A stretch of DNA of 64,000 nt from contig CABUNR010000003.1 of assembly GCA_902492995.1 (NCBI GenBank), positions 3,482 to 67,481 of the forward strand. The letters are read 5' to 3'. The notes under the pieces were generated by a model. That model was not told the origin of the DNA, made no database searches, and saw nothing but the letters and a program-made list of their open reading frames with translations. The position numbers and the translations under genes are program-made. This DNA is from an uncultured Bacillota bacterium (GTDB lineage Bacteria > Bacillota_I > Bacilli_A > RF39 > UBA660). Shown piece by piece: positions 16,481 to 25,867 of the stretch (position 1 is its first letter; every line of letters begins with the position of its first letter).

Positions 16481-16643
16481 CTTAGAATGTCATTTTTTCA
16501 TAAAAAAAGTAAGGTTTGTAAGCTTTAAATTTGGAAACTATAAAGCAACCTTACATATTTATTATAATATATTTTCATAAAAATAAAAAGACTATTAACA
16601 AAATTTATTTGTCAACAGTCTGAAACTCACTAATAAGTGAGTT

Positions 16644-19535
16644 TTAATTTATTATTTCATTTAAAATTAATTGATATTTATCAAATCTTTTTTCTACTTT
16701 ACATTTTATAACAATTATATCTCCTACTTTTAAATTTGGATATTTTTTTAATACTTTAGGGAATACAACAAGTTCTGCTTGCTCAAATTCATCACTACAA
16801 TCAATAAAACACATTTCTTCTTTATTTTTTGTTTCTATTTTTTTTATTTTATCTATCATAACGGCTGTTTCAATTATTCTATTGAAATAATTTTTTATTT
16901 CATTTAAATCTACTATATTTTTATATTTTGCTTTATATTCAGTTACAGGATGATTACTTAAATAAAATCCTATTTTATTAAATGATCTTTCAATTAGTTC
17001 TAATTCACTATATTCACTATATTCTATTAAATTTGGTTTTATAGCATATTCTCCTAATTCTTTATACAAATCTGTATAATTTATAATTAAATCTAAATTT
17101 TCTATTAATGTTTTATGATTTATATTAAATGAATCAAAACATCCTACATCTATTAATGTTATAATTACTTCTTTATTTACTTTTTTATCATATACTCTAT
17201 CTACAAAATCAAATATATCGATGTATTTTTTTTCTTTTCTTGTTTCTACTATTTTTTTTATTATATTTTCTCCTACTTCCTTTATACAAGAAAATGGGAA
17301 ACGAAGACCATCCTCTTCTATTTTATAATATTTTTCACTTTTATTAATATCAGGATTTAGTATTTTTATATCGTTCATTTTAGCTTCATATATATAGTCT
17401 TTTGTTATAATAGTTCCTATTACATTATCAAGTAAATTTTTCATGAAATATTTTTTATAATTTGCTTTTAAATAAGCCATTTTATATGAAATCATTGAAT
17501 ATGCTACTGAATGAGATCTATTAAATCCATATGATGCAAATTTTAAAATCATTGAAAATATTTCATTTGCTGTTTTTTCATCATATCCATTTTTTATACA
17601 ACCATTTATAAATTTTAATTTTTCATTCAGTAAAACATCTTCCTTTTTTTTACTCATAGCTCTTCTAAGTAAATCTGCTTCTTGCATAGTATATGAAGCC
17701 ATTACATTTGATATTTTCATTATTTGTTCTTGATATATAATAATTCCATATGTTGATTTTAAAATCTTTTCTATTTTTTCATCTATATATTCTATCTTTT
17801 CTAAGTTATTTTTTCTTCTTATGAAGTTATCTATATTTGCCATTGGTCCTGGTCTATAAAGAGCTAACGCATTTGATAAATCTTCTATATTATCTGGTTT
17901 TAATTTTTTTAAGAATTTTTTCATTCCTTCTGATTCAAATTGAAATATTCCTGTTGTATTTCCTTCTTTAAATATTTCATATGTTTTAGAATCATTTAAA
18001 GGTATTTTATTAAAATCTACACTTATATTATCTTTTTTTAAATCTTCTAAAATGTTTGTTATTATTGTTAAATTTTTAAGTGCTAAAAAGTCCATTTTTA
18101 GTAGTCCTATATCTTCAAGATAATTACTTGTAAAACATGTCATATACATATTTTCATGTTTTATAATTGGTAATACTGTATCAAGGTCTTTATTTGATAT
18201 TACTATACCTGCTGGATGTATACTTGTATGTCTTTTTAATCCTTCTAATTTTAATGCTACTTTTACCAATTCATTAATATTTTTATTAGTGTCTATTATA
18301 TTTTGAATTTTTGGATTTTTTATATTTTCTTTTAAACTTATTTTTGAATCAATTAGTTTAGTAAATGAATCTAATTCTTTTATATCAATATTCATTACTC
18401 TTCCAACATCTCTAATTGCCTGACGTGCTGCAAGTGTTCCAAATGTCACTATAGTTGCTACTTTTTTTATACCATATTTTTCTACACAATAGTTTATCAC
18501 TTCTTCTCTTCTATTGTATTCAAAATCTATGTCTATATCTGGCATTGTTATTCTATCTTTATTTAAAAATCTTTCAAATAATAAATTATATTTTATTGGA
18601 TCTATTTCGGTTATTTCAAGTACATATGCTACTAAACTTCCTGCAGCACTTCCTCTTCCTGGTCCAACCAATATATTTTGTTTTTTTGCATATTTAACAT
18701 AATCCATTACTACCAAAAAGTAATTACAAAAGCCCATTTCTTTTATTACTTCTAGTTCATATTTTATTCTTTCTATATATATTAAACTTACTTTTTCTCC
18801 AAATCTTTTTTTGAGCCCTATTCTACACATTTCTTTTAAATATGTATAATCTGTATAATTTTCTTCTACCTTATATATTGGTAATAAATCTTTTCTTTTT
18901 TCTAATACTATATTTACGCTATCATATATTTTTTTATAGTTTTCTAAATTTTCTTTTATTTCTAAATTAAGATAATTATATTCTTCTACATTTACTTCAT
19001 TAATTGTTACACCATTTTTTATTCCTTTTAAATATAAATAATATATTTTATCGTTTTTGTTTAAATAAAGTATTTCATTTAAATAAATTTTATTAGTATA
19101 TTTTATATTATTAAATTCATTTATATTTTTATATCCAATAAAGATATCTTTAAATATTTCACTTAAATTTGAATATAATTCTAACGAATTATATGGTAAT
19201 ATACATATTAAATCATTATTATATTTTTTTATTAATTCTATATTTTTTCCTTCTTCATTTATTTTTATTAAATTTTTATATCCATTTATATTTTTGGCAT
19301 ATAAAATTATTTTTAATTTATTTATTTCTATTTCTAATCCTATTATAGGCTTTATATTATTTTTAGTGCATTCTAAATAAAATTCATATGCACCATATAG
19401 ATTATTATCTGTTATAGTTAATGCTTTTATATTGTTTGCTTTAGCAAATTCTACTAACTCTTTAATTTTAATTGTACTATCTAAAAGAGAATATTCTGTT
19501 TTTATATATAATGGAATATAAAACATAACTATCAC
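16644..19535 (-). CDS. dnaE: DNA polymerase III alpha subunit (DnaE type)
   Basis: N-terminal PHP domain (FYIPLYIKTEYSLLDS), LVGPGRGSAAGSLVAYVLEITEIDP, FERFLNKDRITMPDIDIDF, and NRSHSVAYS. 963 aa. Confidence 0.9.
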   Translation of the reverse strand: MIVMFYIPLYIKTEYSLLDSTIKIKELVEFAKANNIKALTITDNNLYGAYEFYLECTKNNIKPIIGLEIEINKLKIILYAKNINGYKNLIKINEEGKNIELIKKYNNDLICILPYNSLELYSNLSEIFKDIFIGYKNINEFNNIKYTNKIYLNEILYLNKNDKIYYLYLKGIKNGVTINEVNVEEYNYLNLEIKENLENYKKIYDSVNIVLEKRKDLLPIYKVEENYTDYTYLKEMCRIGLKKRFGEKVSLIYIERIKYELEVIKEMGFCNYFLVVMDYVKYAKKQNILVGPGRGSAAGSLVAYVLEITEIDPIKYNLLFERFLNKDRITMPDIDIDFEYNRREEVINYCVEKYGIKKVATIVTFGTLAARQAIRDVGRVMNIDIKELDSFTKLIDSKISLKENIKNPKIQNIIDTNKNINELVKVALKLEGLKRHTSIHPAGIVISNKDLDTVLPIIKHENMYMTCFTSNYLEDIGLLKMDFLALKNLTIITNILEDLKKDNISVDFNKIPLNDSKTYEIFKEGNTTGIFQFESEGMKKFLKKLKPDNIEDLSNALALYRPGPMANIDNFIRRKNNLEKIEYIDEKIEKILKSTYGIIIYQEQIMKISNVMASYTMQEADLLRRAMSKKKEDVLLNEKLKFINGCIKNGYDEKTANEIFSMILKFASYGFNRSHSVAYSMISYKMAYLKANYKKYFMKNLLDNVIGTIITKDYIYEAKMNDIKILNPDINKSEKYYKIEEDGLRFPFSCIKEVGENIIKKIVETRKEKKYIDIFDFVDRVYDKKVNKEVIITLIDVGCFDSFNINHKTLIENLDLIINYTDLYKELGEYAIKPNLIEYSEYSELELIERSFNKIGFYLSNHPVTEYKAKYKNIVDLNEIKNYFNRIIETAVMIDKIKKIETKNKEEMCFIDCSDEFEQAELVVFPKVLKKYPNLKVGDIIVIKCKVEKRFDKYQLILNEIIN

Positions 19536-19624
19536 ATCCTTATCTTTATTTTACTATAAATTGTTATTATTAACAATTGTTTTTATTTATATTATTTTAA
19601 AGAAAAAAGTCTATTTCTAGACTT

Positions 19625-20479
19625 TTACATTTTTTCAAATTTTTGATATATATAATTTCCATCTATTAGTTTAAATGTAAATTTATATGTTGTAAATTTA
19701 TCTAAGTTTTGTTTGATATAATTTGTTGTTAAAAAATTCCTATCACTATTAGATTTTTTTGTAACAGGCGTTGGTAATTTATCAATATTTAACTGTTCAT
19801 TAGAAATTGTTGCTTTTGCATAATCATAAATTGCTGAATCATCATCATCATCTATATATACTTTTAAATAAGTATATAATTCATCACCTTTTTTCTCTGC
19901 TTTATAAAGAAGATAACCTGTTGATATTTCTCTTCCATATCCGCTACCGAAAGCATCATAAACATATGCATCAATACTAGAAACATATTTATAAGTTCCA
20001 ATTGTATCTGAAAGTTTTACATCTTTATTAAAAATTGTTTTTAAATTATTTTTTACCTTTATTGCTGGAATTCCATCAACATAATCACCATACTTATCTT
20101 TGAATTCTTCATATGATTCATATAATTTAAAGTTTTTAGCTATTTCTTCTGTATTTTTATACCTATTTGTATTTAAAGTAAATATAGCAATCTCTTGCAT
20201 AAAATCTTCAGAAATATTATCTATGGTATAATTCTTATCCAATAATTCATAGTTAAGTAAATTATGGTACATTAATCTATCTACTAGTATTTCATAATCT
20301 TCTTCATTTACTTCCATCAATTCATCTTTTTTATCTTCATTTTCTGTTATTTTATTATCATTAGTCTTATCACTAGTATTATTTAATTTATCTATTACTA
20401 TAATACTTGCTAAACCTATTACTACTAATACTAAAAATACAACTAATATTATTAACCCCTTATTATTTTTCTTTTCCAT
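19625..20479 (-). CDS. hypothetical membrane-anchored extracytoplasmic protein
   Basis: N-terminal TM (GLIILVVFLVLVVIGLASIIVI). I recognise no motif. Confidence 0.45.
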   Translation of the reverse strand: MEKKNNKGLIILVVFLVLVVIGLASIIVIDKLNNTSDKTNDNKITENEDKKDELMEVNEEDYEILVDRLMYHNLLNYELLDKNYTIDNISEDFMQEIAIFTLNTNRYKNTEEIAKNFKLYESYEEFKDKYGDYVDGIPAIKVKNNLKTIFNKDVKLSDTIGTYKYVSSIDAYVYDAFGSGYGREISTGYLLYKAEKKGDELYTYLKVYIDDDDDSAIYDYAKATISNEQLNIDKLPTPVTKKSNSDRNFLTTNYIKQNLDKFTTYKFTFKLIDGNYIYQKFEKM

Positions 20480-20619
20480 ATATACGCCCTTTCTATATTA
20501 ATAGTATACTTATATATTTTCTTTGTCAATTTATATTTTGTTTATTTATATTTCTTTACACTTTTAGACTATATAATATATATTGAATCTTAATATAAAA
20601 AGTAATAGCGATATGTCTA

Positions 20620-21159
20620 TTACTTTATTTCATTTCCACATGTAGGACAATATTTTACATCATTATTGATTTGAGTTCCACAAACGGAACAACATTTATT
20701 ACTTATATTTACATTATTATTAGTATTATTTATATCGTTATCTTTTATAATACCATTCTTACTTACTTGTACTGAATCATCATATATATAATCTTTAGAG
20801 AACGCTAATATTAAATATAAAATAGTTGGTAATAATGTCATTAAGATTGCAAAACCTGTATTCTTATGAAATTTTTTAGCGATGTTGTAATTGCATTGAA
20901 ATGTTACAAACAATGTTACTAAGCTTATTATTACTGTCATATTTTTTGTATTAGACAATAATATTGATGGTAATAGTACTATTAAGAACCACCACCAATT
21001 TAGCTTAGCTATTTCAACTATTTTTATCCATGATGCATAAAAAGGCATTATTGATTTCCAATCTTTTCTTCCACATTTTTTGTATAGCTTCCAACTTGCT
21101 ATTATTTGTGCGATACCTATTATTAGGCTATTATAATAATTATTACTGCAAATCCCCAT
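20620..21159 (-). CDS. DUF5684-like membrane protein with a C-terminal zinc ribbon
   Basis: WKLYKKCGRKDWKSIMPFYASWIKIVEIAKLNWWWFLIVLLP resembles the DUF5684 core. The C-terminus has CSVCGTQI...YCPTCGNEI. A hairpin terminator (agtaatag/ctattact) follows the stop. Confidence 0.5.
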   Translation of the reverse strand: MGICSNNYYNSLIIGIAQIIASWKLYKKCGRKDWKSIMPFYASWIKIVEIAKLNWWWFLIVLLPSILLSNTKNMTVIISLVTLFVTFQCNYNIAKKFHKNTGFAILMTLLPTILYLILAFSKDYIYDDSVQVSKNGIIKDNDINNTNNNVNISNKCCSVCGTQINNDVKYCPTCGNEIK

Positions 21160-21356
21160 GCTACTGTAAAAAAATATCTGTTTGTTTTGTTGTCAGTTTT
21201 TCCTTCACCATTACTCCATTTCTTCCTATCATATATAGTACAGCATAGAAGTCATATATTTCAAAAAATATTTTAAAGAAAAAAATTTTTTTAACTTTTT
21301 CTTTATAACATTTTTACAGAAATTTCATAATTTTGTAACAATTTACTCATAAACAT

Positions 21357-21385
21357 TTGACTTATTTCTTAAAATATAGTAAAAT
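21357..21385 (+). promoter_or_regulatory. sigma-A type promoter upstream of rpmB (TTGACT, 17-nt spacer, TAAAAT)
   Basis: TTGACT at 21357-21362 and TAAAAT at 21380-21385. The strong RBS TAGGAGG precedes the ATG at 21428. Confidence 0.5.
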
Positions 21386-21427
21386 TATAAAGCATGGAAC
21401 AAAAAATCTATATATAGGAGGTAAATT

Positions 21428-21640
21428 ATGGCTAGAAAAGCAACTGAAAAAAAACCTTTATTTGGTAATAGAAGATCACATTCTCTTAGAGCTACTAAAC
21501 ATGCTCAAAAACTTAATTTACAACAAGTAACTCTTGAAAATGGGCAAAAAGTTAGATTAACTGCTAGGGAAATTAGAAATTTAAAAAAAGCAAGCAATAG
21601 TGTAGATAACGAAGTTATAGATACTGAAGTTGCTGCATAA
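21428..21640 (+). CDS. rpmB: 50S ribosomal protein L28
   Basis: MARKATEKKPLFGNRRSHSLRATKHAQKLNLQQV fits the bL28 pattern (MAR.C...GK....GN.vSHs.n.Tkr.f.pNLq). Small and basic. Confidence 0.7.
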   Translation: MARKATEKKPLFGNRRSHSLRATKHAQKLNLQQVTLENGQKVRLTAREIRNLKKASNSVDNEVIDTEVAA

Positions 21641-21693
21641 TAAAAGACTAGTTCTTTTTTTTTTGCTTTTTCATAATATATATTAGTGATGTT

Positions 21694-22332
21694 ATGAAGA
21701 AGTATGTTTTAATTATTGTTTTTATCTTACTATCTACTGGATGTAAAGATAAATTTTATGAAAATATTAAAGATATTAAAAATCCAAATGATATATTAGT
21801 TTTAGTGAATAAAAATAATAAATTACCCAATGATTTTATTCCAAATGATTTAGTAAAATTAGATTTAAAATATTCAAATAATGAAAAATATTTAAAAGAA
21901 GAAGTAGCAAATGCTTTTTATAAACTAAGTTCTGATGCTAAATTAAAAGGCTTTAGAATTATTGCCTCATCTGCTTATAGAAGCTATACTTATCAAGAAG
22001 AATTATTTAATTATTATGTTAGTGAAAAAGGAATGGATTATGCATTAAATTGTAGTGCTAAACCTGGACATTCTGAACATCAAACAGGTCTTGCTGTTGA
22101 TGTTGAAGGTTCAAATTTTGATTATGACCTATTTGAAGAATCTAAGGAATTTGATTGGATGAAAAATAATGCTCATAAATATGGTTTTATATTAAGATAT
22201 CCTAAAGGTAAAGAAAAAATTACTGGTTTTAAATATGAACCCTGGCATTATAGATATGTTGGTACTAAAGATGCAAAATATATCTATAAACATAATTTAA
22301 CCTTAGAAGAATATCTTAGTATTGCAAAATAA
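21694..22332 (+). CDS. VanY / M15B D-Ala-D-Ala carboxypeptidase lipoprotein (paralog of 1485-2450)
   Basis: Lipobox LLSTGC. SAYRSYTYQEELF...SEHQTGLAVDV...GFILRYPKGKEKITGFKYEPWHYRYVG is nearly identical in its motifs to the first copy. Confidence 0.8.
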   Translation: MKKYVLIIVFILLSTGCKDKFYENIKDIKNPNDILVLVNKNNKLPNDFIPNDLVKLDLKYSNNEKYLKEEVANAFYKLSSDAKLKGFRIIASSAYRSYTYQEELFNYYVSEKGMDYALNCSAKPGHSEHQTGLAVDVEGSNFDYDLFEESKEFDWMKNNAHKYGFILRYPKGKEKITGFKYEPWHYRYVGTKDAKYIYKHNLTLEEYLSIAK

Positions 22333-22365
22333 AAAAATTATGCTATAATAAGCTTCGGTGATTTT

Positions 22366-22893
22366 ATGAGAGATATTATTTATACTGATATTCAAACATG
22401 TATAAAAAATGGAATTGATATAAAAGATATTTTAAACAATATAAAAGAAATCATGAAAATAGAATATCCTGATTATATTGATTGGTTTAATAATAAAGTT
22501 ATACCTGGTATATACACTAATGAAAGAAATATTATATTAATATATAAAAATAATAATTTAATTGGATTTGTTAATTTAAAGAAAACAAAAAAAGAAAGAA
22601 AATTATCAAATCTATATATTAAAAGTAAAATTTCATATAATAAATATTTTAATGATTTAATTAATTTATCAATGAATTGGTTAGAAACAGATGAACCAAC
22701 ATTAATAATATCAGAAAAAGAATTTAATAAATGTGCATATTCTATTTTAAATAATAATTGGAATTCTACTAATATTATTAAAAAGAATGACTCTATTTAT
22801 TATATTTTCAATGGAAATGATGAATTTTATTATATAAAAAAATCACTTACTAAGAAGCGTAAAAAAGACATCTATAAAAAAGAAAATAATTAA
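22366..22893 (+). CDS. hypothetical protein
   Basis: Open frame only. There is a weak resemblance to an acetyltransferase fold (LIGFVNLKK...LSNLYI), but the cofactor-binding motif is not visible. Confidence 0.35.
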   Translation: MRDIIYTDIQTCIKNGIDIKDILNNIKEIMKIEYPDYIDWFNNKVIPGIYTNERNIILIYKNNNLIGFVNLKKTKKERKLSNLYIKSKISYNKYFNDLINLSMNWLETDEPTLIISEKEFNKCAYSILNNNWNSTNIIKKNDSIYYIFNGNDEFYYIKKSLTKKRKKDIYKKENN

Positions 22894-23334
22894 TACCCAT
22901 GTTACCTTTTTGGGTATTTTTTTTGCAATTTTATCGGTTGGTTTTTTTAATAAATAAATTAATATTAATGAGATAACAGACCATAAAAGTCCCATTTCAA
23001 GAGAAACATATTTTCCTATATTATATTTATAATCAGTATAATCCCATAAGGTTTTATTAAATAAAAATTTAATTATAATACCACCTATAAATTCTATAAA
23101 AGATAATAATAAAAAACCTGTTAAAAATATACATATAAATTTAAGTATTTTATGCATCTTTAATTTACTAATATACTTATTATACAAATATATTATAAGT
23201 ACACTTCCAACTCCATATATAGGTGTCCAAAAACCATATAAAATACCACCTTCGTATCCTGTAATTAAATGAACAATATATTCTAAAATATATCCAACTA
23301 TAGAATATATAAAAAAGATATTTATATAATACAT
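22843..23334 (-). CDS. putative ABC-transporter type IV (CmpB-like, PF06541-type) membrane protein
   Basis: FFIYSIVGYILEYIVHLITGYEGGILYGFWTPIYGVGSVLI matches the conserved N-terminus of that family. Four TMs. Confidence 0.5.
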   Translation of the reverse strand: MYYINIFFIYSIVGYILEYIVHLITGYEGGILYGFWTPIYGVGSVLIIYLYNKYISKLKMHKILKFICIFLTGFLLLSFIEFIGGIIIKFLFNKTLWDYTDYKYNIGKYVSLEMGLLWSVISLILIYLLKKPTDKIAKKIPKKVTWVLIIFFFIDVFFTLLSK

Positions 23335-23372
23335 ATTATCACCTATTTTTATATTGAATAAAAAAAGAAGAT

Positions 23373-23780
23373 TTATTCATCATCTTCTTCATCTTCATCT
23401 ATTATTGATAAGTCTTCTAAATCATCTTCTAGATCATCACTATCTATCATTTCATCAATTGTTTCTTCTTCTTCCTCTTCTACTTCTTCTTCTTCAGTTT
23501 CTTCTTCATCTTCATCTATTACAATTTCAACTGAATGATTATCTCTAATATCCCATTCATTGCTATCTAAAAGAACAAATCTTTTATCAATATTTAATGA
23601 TGTATAATAATCTCCTATTTTTGATGCATATTCTGAATTACTGTAATCTAATAATTCACATATTTCTTTAAATAGTGATGGTGTATTCATAGGTTTTTTA
23701 TTTTCTTTTAATATCATATAAGTTAAATCAGTAAGACTCATTAATTCTAGTTCTTCAATTGGCATATCTTTAATTTTCAT
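23373..23780 (-). CDS. rpoE: DNA-directed RNA polymerase delta subunit
   Basis: N-terminal HARE-HTH-like domain (EELELMSLTDLTYMILKENKKPMNTPSLFKEICELL...GDYYTSLNIDKRFVLL) plus a long D/E-rich C-terminal tail. This architecture is diagnostic for Bacillota RpoE. Confidence 0.8.
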   Translation of the reverse strand: MKIKDMPIEELELMSLTDLTYMILKENKKPMNTPSLFKEICELLDYSNSEYASKIGDYYTSLNIDKRFVLLDSNEWDIRDNHSVEIVIDEDEEETEEEEVEEEEEETIDEMIDSDDLEDDLEDLSIIDEDEEDDE

Positions 23781-23793
23781 AAATTCCTCCTAA

Positions 23794-25476
23794 TTACATT
23801 ACACTTGGTATATCTATAACAAGTATATTTAACATTTCTTTTAATATTCTATTTGATAGATTTAATACATATATCCAATTATTTTTCTTTTCTATATCAT
23901 CTAAATTATTTATATGATTATTTTGATAAAATGAATTAATTATCATACATAAATCATATACATAATCAGCTATAAAACTAGGCATTCTAGTTTTATAAGC
24001 ATTATCTACTATGCTGTGTAAATCTAATAATTTTATTCTTAAGTTTCTATCAAATTCATTATATACTATGTTATTTAATGAAGTTATTTCCATATCTTTT
24101 ACGATTTTATTTATTCTTAAATAAGTATATAGTACATAAGGTCCTGTCTTACCTACAACTTCACTAAATTTCTTTATATCAAATATATAATCTTTTTCAC
24201 GATTATTTTGTAAATCAGCAAATTTAAGTATAGCATTTACTATTTTATCTATATCTTCTTCATTCATACTGCTATTTTCTTCTTTTTTTGATATAAATAA
24301 TTCTTTCACTTCATTAAATAAATCTCTTAATTTTGGTGTTTCACCACTTCTTGTTTTAAATGGTTTTCCATCAGTACCATTTATAGTACCAAATCCTAAA
24401 TGTTCTAATTTAGCATCTGTTATTTTAGATTTTAAACTTGCTCTAAATACTTGTTTAAAATGTAAATCTTGTCTTAAATCAGCAACATATAAAATATAAT
24501 CTGGATTAAAATCTTCTTCTCTTTCATAAATTGTTGCCATATCTGTTGAACCATATAAATAAGCACCATCGCTTTTTTTAAATATTAGTGGTGGAAGTTC
24601 TTTTTTATCATTTTCTTCTTTTACATCTATTACAGTTGCTCCATCACTAATATATGTAATATCTTTTATTTTTTTCTCTACAAAAGGAAGATATTTTCTA
24701 GATGACATTTCACCATACCAAAGATCAAAATCAATATCTAAATATTTATATATTTCCTTTATATCATTACTAGATAGTTCAAATATTTTATCATAGTATT
24801 TTTCTAATTCTTTATCTCCATCTTGCATTTGTTTTTCAAGCGTTGCACACATATTTTTAACATCTTTATCTTCTTTACAAAGTTTAGAAATTTCTGGATA
24901 AATTGTATTTAAATCGTTTAGTGTTAAATCTTCAAGTTTTATATTTTTTTGTTTTATTCCATATATTACTTGACCCATTTGAAGTCCAAAATCTCCAAAA
25001 TGAACATCTGCTATAGTTTTACATCCTTTGAATTTTAATATTCTTTTTATTGATTCCCCAATAATAGCAGGTCTTAAATGACCAACATGAAGAGGTTTTG
25101 CTATATTAGGTCCACCATAATCAAGTACATATGTAAGAGTACTATCTTGTTCTACTCCAAATTTATCCATATAATTCATACGTGTTAAGCATTCATTTAT
25201 CAATATATCACTTATAGTTATATTAATAAAACCAGGCGATGCAAATTCTACTTTTTTAAAATAATGTTCAAAATCTTTTCTATCATTTATAGAATTAACT
25301 ATTTCTTCACCTATTTCTACAGGTTTTTTATGATATATACTACTTAATTTAAATATTCCATTAAATTGATAATCACATAAATCTAATCTATTTGATTTTG
25401 TAACTACTACATCTACTTCATAATTTAATTTATTTAACTCTTCTTTTATTATATCTTCTAATATTTTTAATATCAT
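23794..25476 (-). CDS. argS: arginine--tRNA ligase
   Basis: Class I HIGH motif (PNIAKPLHVGHLRPAIIGESI), a DALR-type C-terminal anticodon-binding domain, and 560 aa. The conserved DUF1934 partner lies upstream. Confidence 0.9.
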   Translation of the reverse strand: MILKILEDIIKEELNKLNYEVDVVVTKSNRLDLCDYQFNGIFKLSSIYHKKPVEIGEEIVNSINDRKDFEHYFKKVEFASPGFINITISDILINECLTRMNYMDKFGVEQDSTLTYVLDYGGPNIAKPLHVGHLRPAIIGESIKRILKFKGCKTIADVHFGDFGLQMGQVIYGIKQKNIKLEDLTLNDLNTIYPEISKLCKEDKDVKNMCATLEKQMQDGDKELEKYYDKIFELSSNDIKEIYKYLDIDFDLWYGEMSSRKYLPFVEKKIKDITYISDGATVIDVKEENDKKELPPLIFKKSDGAYLYGSTDMATIYEREEDFNPDYILYVADLRQDLHFKQVFRASLKSKITDAKLEHLGFGTINGTDGKPFKTRSGETPKLRDLFNEVKELFISKKEENSSMNEEDIDKIVNAILKFADLQNNREKDYIFDIKKFSEVVGKTGPYVLYTYLRINKIVKDMEITSLNNIVYNEFDRNLRIKLLDLHSIVDNAYKTRMPSFIADYVYDLCMIINSFYQNNHINNLDDIEKKNNWIYVLNLSNRILKEMLNILVIDIPSVM

Positions 25477-25477
25477 A

Positions 25478-25822
25478 TTACCACTCTATTCTGAAATTAA
25501 GTTTTTCTTCTTCTATATCATAATCTACTTCTAAATAATTATTATCTTTTTTTATTTTATTTGTATATATATTTAAATACATTTCTTTATCATATATTCT
25601 ATAAATACATTTAGTATTTTTATTTTCTATAAATTCAAATATAATCTCATTATTTTGATTTTTTCTTTTTAAAGTTATACTATCATTTATTTTCAATGTT
25701 ACTTTTGTATTTTCATCTATATAATTAATTATATTATCTTTTTTTATACCATTTATTTTTTTCTTTATAATATCATTAGTATTTTTATTTCTTAAAATAC
25801 TTGTTATATATACTTTGGGCAT
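25478..25822 (-). CDS. DUF1934 (YwiB-like) protein
   Basis: Small beta-rich protein immediately upstream of argS with a 1-nt gap, which is the conserved Bacillota arrangement. The start was set at MPKVYITS. Confidence 0.55.
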   Translation of the reverse strand: MPKVYITSILRNKNTNDIIKKKINGIKKDNIINYIDENTKVTLKINDSITLKRKNQNNEIIFEFIENKNTKCIYRIYDKEMYLNIYTNKIKKDNNYLEVDYDIEEEKLNFRIEW

Positions 25823-25867
25823 ATTATTTCTCCACTTCTGCATAATTATAATATAGATGATAGATAA

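Larger units (their letters stand above)
6266..16640. mobile_element. accessory island / degraded integrative element between tRNA-Gly and dnaE (boundaries approximate)
   Basis: Contains a serine recombinase, an IS110 element, a thrS pseudogene and orphan genes, flanked by core genes. Sampled lines inside it are visibly more G+C rich than core lines (22/60 at 11041-11100 versus 7/60 at 19201-19260, counted by hand). Confidence 0.55.

Noticed and set aside
18455-18702. Track ORFs 18455-18697 and 18514-18702 (+)
   Set aside because: They lie antisense inside dnaE and are shadow frames.
21160-21250. Possible frameshifted N-terminal extension of the DUF5684-like gene
   Set aside because: Short open stretches in two other frames exist upstream of 21159, but none shows recognisable family sequence. 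The evidence is insufficient to call a pseudogene.
22843-22893. 51-nt 3' overlap of convergent ORFs 22366-22893 (+) and 22843-23334 (-)
   Set aside because: This is unusual but not impossible in a compact genome. Both stops are unambiguous in the sequence, and I have no evidence of biological meaning. One of the two C-termini, most likely that of the weakly supported plus-strand ORF, may be an over-extension.
25823-25867. Possible T-box upstream of the DUF1934-argS operon
   Set aside because: The upstream intergenic space is far too short for a T-box leader, and no GGTGGTACC-like core is present.
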